From Candidatus Kuenenia stuttgartensis (GTDB lineage: Bacteria > Planctomycetota > Brocadiia > Brocadiales > Brocadiaceae): 32,000 nucleotides of DNA. The stretch is from the NCBI RefSeq assembly GCF_900232105.1, contig NZ_LT934425.1:4050001-4082000 (forward strand), written 5' to 3'. This document shows, piece by piece, positions 15,629-23,501 of this stretch (positions within the stretch are counted from its first letter, which is position 1; each line of letters starts with the position of its first letter). The notes under the pieces were generated by a model that was not told the origin of the DNA, searched no databases, and saw nothing but the letters and a program-made list of their open reading frames with translations. The position numbers and the translations under genes are program-made.

Positions 15629-18600
15629 ATGTTAAATAAAATTATACAATACGCCCTAAATAATCGCTTAATGATTATGGCAGCCTCAGCACTGCTTTTA
15701 ATAGCTGGCATTTATACGGCATCCATAATGGAAGTTGATGTATTTCCTGACCTTACTGCGCCAACGGTAGTAGTGTTAACCGAAGCGCACGGAATGGCTC
15801 CGGAAGAAGTCGAAAAATTAGTAACCTTTCAAATTGAAACGTCAGTCAATGGCGCCACCAATGTACGCAGGGTAAGGTCATCATCTGCCGCAGGAATATC
15901 AATTGTTTGGATAGAGTTTGAGTGGGGAACAGATATTTTTAAGGCACGACAAATCGTTAGTGAAAAACTGACAATCATTGCAGAAAAGCTACCACTGGGA
16001 GTCGGAAACCCTACAATGGCCCCTCAATCATCCATCATGGGTGAAATTATGCTTATCGGTTTATCATCGGAAAATACAACACCAATGGATTTAAGAACCA
16101 TTGCCGACTGGAATATACGGCCCAGGTTATTGGCGACAGGAGGAGTGTCGCAGGTTATTGTAATTGGCGGAGAATACAAGCAATACCAAATACTTGCCTC
16201 TCCTCAAAAAATGAAACATTACAACATTTCTTTAAACGAATTGCTGAGGGCAAGTAAAGAAAGCAATCTTAATGCCTCAGGCGGTTTTATGAACGAATAT
16301 GGCAACGAATACATCATAAGAGGTGTTGGAAGAACAAACAGCGTGGAAGAAATAGGCAATGCAGTAATCAAGGTTGTTGCTAATGTGCCGGTAAAAATAG
16401 AGGATGTTGCAGAGGTTAAAATAGGCGGAGCAATCCCTAAAATCGGGGACGGTTCACTCAAAGCAAGTCCGGCAATTATTATGACCGTAGCAAAACAGCC
16501 GGGAACCAACACCCTGGAACTCACAAAAAAAATTGATAATGCTATTACAGAGATTGCCAAAACCCTGCCTTCCGACATCAAAATCAACACCAATATATTT
16601 CGTCAGGCGGATTTTATTCAGGCTTCCATAAGTAATATTCAAAAAGCGCTAATTGAAGGTTCTGTCTTTGTAGTTATCATTATGTTCTTGTTCTTAATGA
16701 ACTTCCGAACCACCATTATATCCCTGATTGCTATTCCCCTTTCACTTATCGTTTCCATTATCACCCTTAAATTTTTGGGATTAACCATCAATACCATGTC
16801 TCTTGGCGGAATGGCAATAGCCATCGGCTCATTGGTAGACGATGCTGTTATTGATGTGGAAAACGTCTTTAAACGTCTAAAGGAAAATGCACAAAAAAAT
16901 AATGAAGCACGAGAAAGTACACTTGTTGTAGTTTATGATGCCTCAAAAGAGATTCGCTCATCAATCCTTAATGCGACCCTTATCATTATTGTTGCTTTTA
17001 TCCCCTTGTTTTTTCTTGGCGGGATGGAGGGAAGAATGTTGCGGCCTCTGGGGATCTCCTTTATCGTTTCTCTGTTTGCATCCCTGATTGTTGCGGTAAC
17101 ACTCACCCCTGTGCTTTGCAGTTTTATGCTTACCAACGACAAAATGCTTTTAAAGCAGGCAAAAGGCAGTTGGCTGGAAAGAGGGCTTCACCGATATTAT
17201 AATTCCGCATTAGGAAAGATAATGAAAATTAAAAAGACATTACTTGGGATATCCATCGTGTTGTTCATTATGGCGATTTTTCTAATGTTTGGTTTGGGAC
17301 GGAGTTTCTTGCCTGAATTTAACGAAGGCACTTTAACGGTAAATGCTGTCAGTATGCCGGGCATATCACTCGAAGAATCAAATAAAATTGGAAACAAGAT
17401 TGAAAATATCCTACTGTCGGTGCCAGAAATTTCAATTACTTCACGCAGAACGGGAAGAGCCGAATTAGATGAACATGCACAAGGTGTAAATGCCGCTGAA
17501 ATTGATGCTCCCTTTGTTTTGGCGGAAAGAAGCAAGGATGAATTTATGAAGGAAGTTCGAAAGAAATTAAGTGCTGTCTCTGAAGCGAACATCACCATCG
17601 GGCAACCCATAGGACACCGTATTGACCATATGCTTTCAGGCACAAGAGCCAACATTGCCATTAAGCTTTTCGGAACAGACTTATCCAAAATGTTTTCTGT
17701 TGCTAATCAGATAGAGCGCACCATTGAAGGCATAGACGGACTTGTGGATATTAGCGTGGAACAGCAGATTGAAATTCCGCAAGTACAAATAAAAGCGAAA
17801 CGGAATATGCTGGCTAAATATGGTATTTCAATAGGTCAATTTGCCGAATTCATTGATGTTGCCCTTGCAGGCGAAAAGGTATCTCAGGTTTTTGAGAGAA
17901 ACAAAAGTTTTGATTTGGTATTACGATTTAATGATGAAAACAGGGGCAAAATAGAAAATATCCGCAACGTCTTAATTGATACCAATATCAATCCAAACCA
18001 ACAATCCAAAATTCAAAATTCAACATCCAAAATCCCTTTACATTATATAGCTGATATTGTTTCAACAACAGGCCCCAACACCATTAACCGGGAAAATGTA
18101 CAACGGAAAATTGTGGTTTCAGCCAATGTGGCCGGACGTGATTTAAAAAGCGTAGTAAACCAAATCAAAGAAAAAATAGATGATACTGTTCAGTTGCCGG
18201 AAAATTACCGCATTCAATATGGCGGACAATTTGAAAGCGAAGCAAAGGCATCAAAAATATTATTCTTCACCTTTTTAATGGCTTTATTCATCATATTCCT
18301 TTTGCTTTATCAGGAATTTAAAAATATCAGGCTTGCAGGCATTGTTTTTCTCAATTTGCCTTTGGCGCTGATAGGCGGCGTCTTAAGCATTTGGTTTACA
18401 GGAAAAATCATAAGTATTCCCTCTATCATCGGGTTTATTACACTGTTTGGAATAGCGACACGTAACGGGATATTATTGGTTTCACGCTATCAGACATTGC
18501 AGAGTCAAGGCGTTGCTTTGTATGAAACCGTCATTAAAGGCTCTTTAGACAGGCTAAACCCGATTCTCATGACTGCCTTAACTACCGCTTTGGCATTAAT

Positions 18601-18748
18601 TCCATTGGCAATAACCGGCGACCTGCCAGGAAATGAAATACAAAGCCCAATGGCAATAGTGATATTAGGAGGTCTGCTCAGTTCCACCCTCTTAAACATC
18701 TTCATTATTCCTGCCGTTTACTACATTTCAAATGTGAGAAAAAAATGA
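15629..18748 (+). CDS. cusA: Heavy-metal efflux RND permease, CusA type (monovalent Cu/Ag HME-RND)
   Basis: A 1039-aa RND protein. Its TM4 motif GGMAIAIGSLVDDAVIDVEN matches the E. coli CusA pattern ([20 protein letters not shown], from memory), not the DFG-D-EN of CzcA. No SD is visible. Confidence 0.9.
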   Translation: MLNKIIQYALNNRLMIMAASALLLIAGIYTASIMEVDVFPDLTAPTVVVLTEAHGMAPEEVEKLVTFQIETSVNGATNVRRVRSSSAAGISIVWIEFEWGTDIFKARQIVSEKLTIIAEKLPLGVGNPTMAPQSSIMGEIMLIGLSSENTTPMDLRTIADWNIRPRLLATGGVSQVIVIGGEYKQYQILASPQKMKHYNISLNELLRASKESNLNASGGFMNEYGNEYIIRGVGRTNSVEEIGNAVIKVVANVPVKIEDVAEVKIGGAIPKIGDGSLKASPAIIMTVAKQPGTNTLELTKKIDNAITEIAKTLPSDIKINTNIFRQADFIQASISNIQKALIEGSVFVVIIMFLFLMNFRTTIISLIAIPLSLIVSIITLKFLGLTINTMSLGGMAIAIGSLVDDAVIDVENVFKRLKENAQKNNEARESTLVVVYDASKEIRSSILNATLIIIVAFIPLFFLGGMEGRMLRPLGISFIVSLFASLIVAVTLTPVLCSFMLTNDKMLLKQAKGSWLERGLHRYYNSALGKIMKIKKTLLGISIVLFIMAIFLMFGLGRSFLPEFNEGTLTVNAVSMPGISLEESNKIGNKIENILLSVPEISITSRRTGRAELDEHAQGVNAAEIDAPFVLAERSKDEFMKEVRKKLSAVSEANITIGQPIGHRIDHMLSGTRANIAIKLFGTDLSKMFSVANQIERTIEGIDGLVDISVEQQIEIPQVQIKAKRNMLAKYGISIGQFAEFIDVALAGEKVSQVFERNKSFDLVLRFNDENRGKIENIRNVLIDTNINPNQQSKIQNSTSKIPLHYIADIVSTTGPNTINRENVQRKIVVSANVAGRDLKSVVNQIKEKIDDTVQLPENYRIQYGGQFESEAKASKILFFTFLMALFIIFLLLYQEFKNIRLAGIVFLNLPLALIGGVLSIWFTGKIISIPSIIGFITLFGIATRNGILLVSRYQTLQSQGVALYETVIKGSLDRLNPILMTALTTALALIPLAITGDLPGNEIQSPMAIVILGGLLSSTLLNIFIIPAVYYISNVRKK

Positions 18749-18780
18749 TGATGATACTTGATATTTAATGGTAAAATCCG

Positions 18781-18828
18781 AAGTCTTCAGTCTTCAGTCT
18801 GCGATTTTGTACGATTGATGATTGCCGG
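18781..18828. repeat. Short degenerate heptamer fold-back repeat (CAGTCTT units followed by GATTG-type units)
   Basis: The sequence is aagtctt cagtctt cagtctg cgattttgt acgattg atgattg ccgg. It starts 33 nt after the cusA-like stop and is related to the arrays at 25509-25564 and 29430-29513. Confidence 0.5.
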
Positions 18829-18884
18829 GTGAGAGGGTGGGTGGGAAAGGATACATCCGGATGAATGGAAGGATGAGTCTCGAT

Positions 18885-19024
18885 GGGAGCATTCCCGATT
18901 TTTTGTAAGTGTTCATGGAGTTGGGGCAAAACAACCCTGACAGGGTTTGAAACCCTGTCAGGGTTAACATACTGTACGTTTTATTAAAACATGGCGGAAG
19001 TCACAAAAAATCGGGAATGCTCCC
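18885..19024. mobile_element. 140-bp MITE with 22-bp perfect terminal inverted repeats and a 9-bp target-site duplication
   Basis: The TIRs are gggagcattcccgattttttgt (18885-18906) and acaaaaaatcgggaatgctccc (19003-19024). The direct repeat AGTCTCGAT lies at 18876-18884 and 19025-19033. A central perfect 15-bp palindrome is aaccctgacagggtt-tga-aaccctgtcagggtt. There is no coding capacity. Confidence 0.8.
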
Positions 19025-19063
19025 AGTCTCGATACAAATATTGCTGAAAAGACCTGTCACAAA

Positions 19064-19100
19064 ATTACAAGGACGTTTCCCACCGTATTGACCTTGTAAT
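19064..19100 (-). terminator. Possible intrinsic terminator of the usp gene
   Basis: A 9-bp stem, attacaagg / ccttgtaat, with a 19-nt loop. On the minus strand it is followed by TTTTG. It lies about 90 nt downstream of the usp stop. The large loop weakens the call. Confidence 0.35.
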
Positions 19101-19187
19101 AACAGAAGTTTTCTTCACTACGAGAAACATATCCCGTAATGCGGAACAATCGCCAATGCTTTTTTCTCATTTATAAAACACGCTTAC

Positions 19188-20027
19188 TTACCGGTAAAGC
19201 AATAGTGGGCAATCAGTATGTCTCATTACCCTTGTAGTCGTGCTGCCCAAAATCATTTCTTGTAGTTTGGAATGTCCATACGCGCCCATCACTAACAAAT
19301 CGCAGTTGTCTTTACATGCATCCTGTATACCCTTTGCATGATCTTTTCCTTCTATTGGAACAATGTTTGGTGTGAGGTTAAGACCATCGAGAAAAGTTTT
19401 TGCTTTGGATAAGATTTGCAAGGCTTTTTCCCTGGTATCATCAACACATAGTAACGTCATATTTAATTCCATGAGTTGTGCCATCTCCGCCCCTATCGCT
19501 AATGCCTTATCTGCAAACAGGCTCCCGTCGTATGCAATTAGCATGTTACGAAAGGGTTTAAATCCAGCAGGCGTTATAAGTACGGGCTTATGTGTTTTCC
19601 GCACAACGAATTCTACGTTTGAACCAAGAAAGACATCCAGCCATTCAGCGTGAACCCCCTTTTTCCCCATAACAATCAAATCATAATTTGCCGATGATTT
19701 TACAATTTCATGATTTACAATGCCTTCTTGTATTTCACGGGTAAATGGTACTCCCGCTTGTATGCACTTCCCTTCTACCTGATTCAAAGCTGCGTCTGCC
19801 TTAGAATCAAGCATTTCCCTGACCGTTTGATTAAACGTCCCATAGGGAACCATACCGCCAATGCTTGTGCCAATGTCATGAATCAAAGGACCCGCCAGAA
19901 TTTTAATATCTTTCACAAATAGTCCATGCACACTCCCATCATTTGTTTTCGCGATACTCACGGCATAATCTGCTGCGGCAAGGCTATTATCGGAACCATC
20001 AGTAGGAACTATAATTTGTTTTAACAT
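19188..20027 (-). CDS. Universal stress protein with tandem Usp domains
   Basis: A 279-aa protein with two Usp repeats (IIVPTDGSDNS...LIVMGKKG...GSNVEFVVRKTHKPVLI and MLIAYDGSLFA...LLVMGAYGHSKLQEMILGSTTTRVMRHTDCPLLL). Confidence 0.85.
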   Translation of the reverse strand: MLKQIIVPTDGSDNSLAAADYAVSIAKTNDGSVHGLFVKDIKILAGPLIHDIGTSIGGMVPYGTFNQTVREMLDSKADAALNQVEGKCIQAGVPFTREIQEGIVNHEIVKSSANYDLIVMGKKGVHAEWLDVFLGSNVEFVVRKTHKPVLITPAGFKPFRNMLIAYDGSLFADKALAIGAEMAQLMELNMTLLCVDDTREKALQILSKAKTFLDGLNLTPNIVPIEGKDHAKGIQDACKDNCDLLVMGAYGHSKLQEMILGSTTTRVMRHTDCPLLLYR

Positions 20028-20160
20028 AGATAACCTTGATAAAAAAATTTATATTATTTGCCACTAATTACGTCATTAGGGCATTTTACAAAGCACAGAA
20101 GCAATGTGATTATTACGTTGTGATAAATTTTTGTCAAGTTAAAATATGACTTAAAAATTG

Positions 20161-20297
20161 ATAACACTTTATTTTTTAAAAAATTCCAATAATCGCAGTG
20201 TAAGGGCGAAGCATTTGCTGTAAATTGTCATAAGTGCGTTTATACCCAAAACGGGCAAATGCTTCGCCCCTACTTTTTCAAAAAAATAAAGTGTTAT
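20161..20297. repeat. Nested palindromic MITE-like element (GGGCGAAGCATTTGC family), complete copy
   Basis: The outer IR is ataacactttattttttaaaaaa (20161-20183) and tttttcaaaaaaataaagtgttat (20274-20297). The inner IR is agggcgaagcatttgc (20203-20218) and gcaaatgcttcgccc (20255-20269). A second, degraded copy lies at 25759-25855. Confidence 0.65.
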
Positions 20298-20456
20298 AAA
20301 GATGGTGAAATATATTTTCCACCACCATCTTTAGCATCTGAATGAATGTCAAAGAAATTCAGACACTCTTCAAGCCCTCATTAAATGCTAATATCGCTCC
20401 AGGAAGGCATATTCATTTGTTGTGTTTTATTTCTTATTTTTGTGGTTAATTTAGGC

Positions 20457-20484
20457 TTGACATTATGTGCTGCAGGTATATAAT
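20457..20484 (+). promoter_or_regulatory. Near-consensus sigma-70 promoter (TTGACA-N16-TATAAT) with an AT-rich upstream tract
   Basis: TTGACA lies at 20457-20462 and TATAAT at 20479-20484. The T-rich run gttttatttcttatttttgtggttaattt sits immediately upstream. Confidence 0.5.
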
Positions 20485-20553
20485 TTTTATCGATTTTTAT
20501 TTATTTCTGATTGTCGGATTTAACCTATTTTATAAGCGGGAGAAAGTAATAAA

Positions 20554-20721
20554 ATGATTTTAGAGGCTAATCATTCCACAGATAACCAGTCAAAGAAAAC
20601 TGAGCGTTTATCATTTATCAAAGAGAGATATAAGAAGTTAGTACTTGAGCCAAGAAAAGAAATTGAATTCGAAATTGAAAGATCTCTTGATGATGAAGAT
20701 GGCGCAGTAGAACCTGCGTAA
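20554..20721 (+). CDS. Small hypothetical protein, 55 aa, charged, acidic C-terminus
   Basis: The ATG at 20554 is preceded by GGGAGA. The protein is MILEANHSTDNQSKKTERLSFIKERYKKLVLEPRKEIEFEIERSLDDEDGAVEPA. It lies about 70 nt downstream of the promoter above and is below the ORF-track cutoff. I recognise no family. Confidence 0.4.
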   Translation: MILEANHSTDNQSKKTERLSFIKERYKKLVLEPRKEIEFEIERSLDDEDGAVEPA

Positions 20722-20786
20722 ACAGGCGATGTTATCCCACATACCATTTACATATACTTATTCCGAAAGAAGACTTCGCAGATTTT

Positions 20787-21890
20787 TTAATTTAAAAGTC
20801 CTTCCACTACAATATCGTCTGAAAATCTATAGTGCCTTACTTCTCTTATTTTCAGCGCATCGCAAACGTTTTCAACGCCCTTACCCAGCACCGGAGAGGT
20901 ATCCCCACATCCTCCAATTATGATGGGAGCGATAAATACAATAATTTTATCCGCAAGACGTTCTTTCAGTAATGAGGTGATTATTTTGCTACCACCTTCC
21001 ACCATAATATTGGTCAACCGCATTGACCCCAGTTTTAAAAAGAGTTCTTTTAAATCAACATGATCGTAATCGCCATTTGTTTCTATAACCCGGCATCCCG
21101 ATTGCCGTAATATCTCAACTTTTTTTTGGGGGGCGTTTTTACTCACCGCGATAATTATTTCACTTTGTTGGACAGTCCTGATAAGCGCTGATGTTAAGGG
21201 AAGCGAGGCCCTGCTATCAATAATGATTCTTTTTGGATTTCTCCCCCCATTAAAGCGGCACGTCAATAGCGGATCATCTTTCAAAACGGTGTTAATTCCC
21301 ACCATAACACCGTCAACCTGACTTCGTAATGTATGAACATACCGGCGGGATTCTTCCGACGTAATCCATTTTGAATCGCCGGTGACGGTGGCAATCTTCC
21401 CATCAATCGACATTGCCCACTTTACAATTATATAAGGCATCCCCTTTTGAATTAATTTAAAAAAAGGGGCATTAAGTTTTTTGGCTTGATCTTCCATGAC
21501 GCCCATGCGCACAGTTATTCCCGCAGCCTGTAATTGCTTCACCCCTTTGCCGGATGTAACCGGATTAGGGTCCACGCATGTAGTTACAACCTTTGCAATT
21601 CCCGCCAAAATTATAGCGGCAGCACAAGGCGCGGTTTTGCCATAATGAGCGCATGGTTCCATGGTTACATATAGCGTTGCGCCTTTGCAATTTACTCCGC
21701 CTTCATTTATCGCGTGTATTTCCGCATGAGCGCCGCCATAGTTCTTATGATACCCCTTCCCCACGATTTCATTGTTTTTTACAATGACAGCGCCTACCAT
21801 TGGATTCGGTTCAACCATCCCCCTGCCTTTTTCTGCAAGTTCCAATGCAAGCGTCATATATTCTTCGTCATGTTCTTTCATAAGCGGCAT
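20787..21890 (-). CDS. ribD: Bifunctional riboflavin biosynthesis protein RibD (pyrimidine deaminase / uracil reductase)
   Basis: A 367-aa protein. The deaminase zinc motifs are GAHAEIHAI and TMEPCAHYGKTAPC. The reductase half reads KWAMSIDGKIA...MVEGGSKIITSLL. Confidence 0.9.
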   Translation of the reverse strand: MPLMKEHDEEYMTLALELAEKGRGMVEPNPMVGAVIVKNNEIVGKGYHKNYGGAHAEIHAINEGGVNCKGATLYVTMEPCAHYGKTAPCAAAIILAGIAKVVTTCVDPNPVTSGKGVKQLQAAGITVRMGVMEDQAKKLNAPFFKLIQKGMPYIIVKWAMSIDGKIATVTGDSKWITSEESRRYVHTLRSQVDGVMVGINTVLKDDPLLTCRFNGGRNPKRIIIDSRASLPLTSALIRTVQQSEIIIAVSKNAPQKKVEILRQSGCRVIETNGDYDHVDLKELFLKLGSMRLTNIMVEGGSKIITSLLKERLADKIIVFIAPIIIGGCGDTSPVLGKGVENVCDALKIREVRHYRFSDDIVVEGLLN

Positions 21891-21892
21891 AA

Positions 21893-23167
21893 CTATCCCC
21901 GCAATTTTTCTATCAGTTGGAAATAATTAGGAAATGTTTTAGAGACACATTTCGGATTTTTAATAAATATCCCGTCTGATTTTAATCCTATCAAAGCAAA
22001 ACTCATTGCCATGCGATGGTCATCATAGGTTTCTATTTCCGCAGGTTTCGGCATAGAAGGTTCAATCTCAAAACCATCTTCATATTCCGTGACAGATATC
22101 CCCATTTTCCGCAATTCTTTTGCTACAGCGGCGATTCTATCCGTTTCCTTAATTCTCATGTTTTTAACATTTCGCACCCTTGTTTTGCCTTTCACATAAA
22201 CCGCAACCGCCGCTAATGTTTGAGCCACATCAGGCATATCCCCCATATCAACATCTACGCCATGTAATGCCCTGCCGCTGACTTCTATCCAGTCCCTTCC
22301 CCTATCCACATGACATCCCATTTTTTTTAAAACATCGGCAAATTGGACGTCGCCCTGCAAAGAATCTTTTCCTACACCTTCAACCCGCACTCTTCCGCCG
22401 GTAATCGCCGCAACAGCAAAAAAATAAGACGCTGCGGAAGCATCTCCTTCCACTTCATAAGAAATTGTTTTGTACCGCTGTCCACTTTTCACCAACAGTC
22501 TTTTGTAACCGATATTTTCAACAGTTACGCCGTGCTTGCCCATTAAATCAATGGTCATATCAACATAACGCTTTGACACCAGATCGCCCTTCACTTCTAT
22601 TGTCACATCATTCTCTGCATAGGGAGAAACCATTAATAAAGCGCTAAAATATTGACTGCTTAAATCGCCATTCACTATAGCCTTCCCTCCCTTTAACCCC
22701 TTGCCCTTGATGATGACCGGAGGGCAGCCATTGTCAAGTTTTGATTTTACTTCAGCGCCAAGTTGGTTTAAACCCTCCAGCAAATCCTGTATAGGTCTTT
22801 GTCCCATTCGTTCCACGCCGCCAATTTCATACACCCCGTACCCTAACGTAAGCAGAGCGGTAAGAAATCTCATGGCAGTCCCGGCATTACCAACAAACAG
22901 ATTTGCCTTCTCTGCGGGAATACACCCCCCCTTGCCATTAACAATAAATGTATTCGTGTCTTTTCGCTCCTCCACAGGAATCCCAAGAGAATTTAAACAT
23001 GACGCCATATAATGTGTATCATCGCTAAAAAGGGCATTATTTATTGAAGAGATTCCGTCGGCAAGTGCCGTTGTAATTAATGCCCTGTTTGTATAACTTT
23101 TTGAACCTGGAACCCGAATTATCGTGTTTATTCTTCCTGTAACAGGTTTAATCTCAATCACATTCAT
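21893..23167 (-). CDS. aroA: 3-phosphoshikimate 1-carboxyvinyltransferase (EPSP synthase)
   Basis: It carries VPGSKSYTNRALITTALADG, LFVGNAGTAMRFLTA and DHRMAMSFALIGL. I moved the start to ATG 23167 (MNVIEIKPVTG, 424 aa); the longer ORF-track N-terminus is non-homologous. The stop lies 2 nt before the ribD start. Confidence 0.9.
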   Translation of the reverse strand: MNVIEIKPVTGRINTIIRVPGSKSYTNRALITTALADGISSINNALFSDDTHYMASCLNSLGIPVEERKDTNTFIVNGKGGCIPAEKANLFVGNAGTAMRFLTALLTLGYGVYEIGGVERMGQRPIQDLLEGLNQLGAEVKSKLDNGCPPVIIKGKGLKGGKAIVNGDLSSQYFSALLMVSPYAENDVTIEVKGDLVSKRYVDMTIDLMGKHGVTVENIGYKRLLVKSGQRYKTISYEVEGDASAASYFFAVAAITGGRVRVEGVGKDSLQGDVQFADVLKKMGCHVDRGRDWIEVSGRALHGVDVDMGDMPDVAQTLAAVAVYVKGKTRVRNVKNMRIKETDRIAAVAKELRKMGISVTEYEDGFEIEPSMPKPAEIETYDDHRMAMSFALIGLKSDGIFIKNPKCVSKTFPNYFQLIEKLRG

Positions 23168-23391
23168 TCTGACATCCCGTCCGTTTAAAACTTGTTGTTC
23201 ATGATATAATAGATATTTTAATTTTACATCTGATTGACTGCAAACAAACTCAATATAGCAAACATATAGCGAATTAAAAGAAAATAATGCATACGTCAAA
23301 TATTTGAAAAAATATATTTAATAATCGTCATGTTCTGTTTTTCCACTATTTAAAAAGAACCATGACTGTCTGAATAACACATGTTCCAAAA

Positions 23392-23420
23392 TTGACTTTG
23401 TTTCTGTGATTTGATAGAAT
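23392..23420 (+). promoter_or_regulatory. Putative cooS promoter (TTGACT-N17-TAGAAT)
   Basis: TTGACT lies at 23392-23397 and TAGAAT at 23415-23420, about 80 nt upstream of ATG 23502. Confidence 0.45.
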
Positions 23421-23501
23421 CCCGCTGATTTTTAAAATACTAATAGGTACGACAGCTTTCTTTATATTGTTTTATTGCTTGGGAAAAATAAAGGTGGACA
23501 A

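Noticed and set aside
16219-18705. Minus-strand ORFs inside the cusA-like gene (16219-16593, 17197-17688 and others).
   Set aside because: They are embedded antisense to a strongly supported RND permease. They are typical shadow ORFs of AT-rich coding sequence.
21891-21892. I looked for an FMN (RFN) riboswitch upstream of ribD.
   Set aside because: The ribD start is only 2 nt from the aroA stop, so there is no room for a leader. ribD is co-transcribed with aroA.
23367-23381. A CRP/CooA-like half-palindrome tgtctgaataacaca upstream of the cooS promoter.
   Set aside because: The half-sites are imperfect (TGTCT / ACACA with a 5-nt spacer). The distance from the promoter is not at a canonical activator position. 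The site is too weak to call without a regulator or comparative data.
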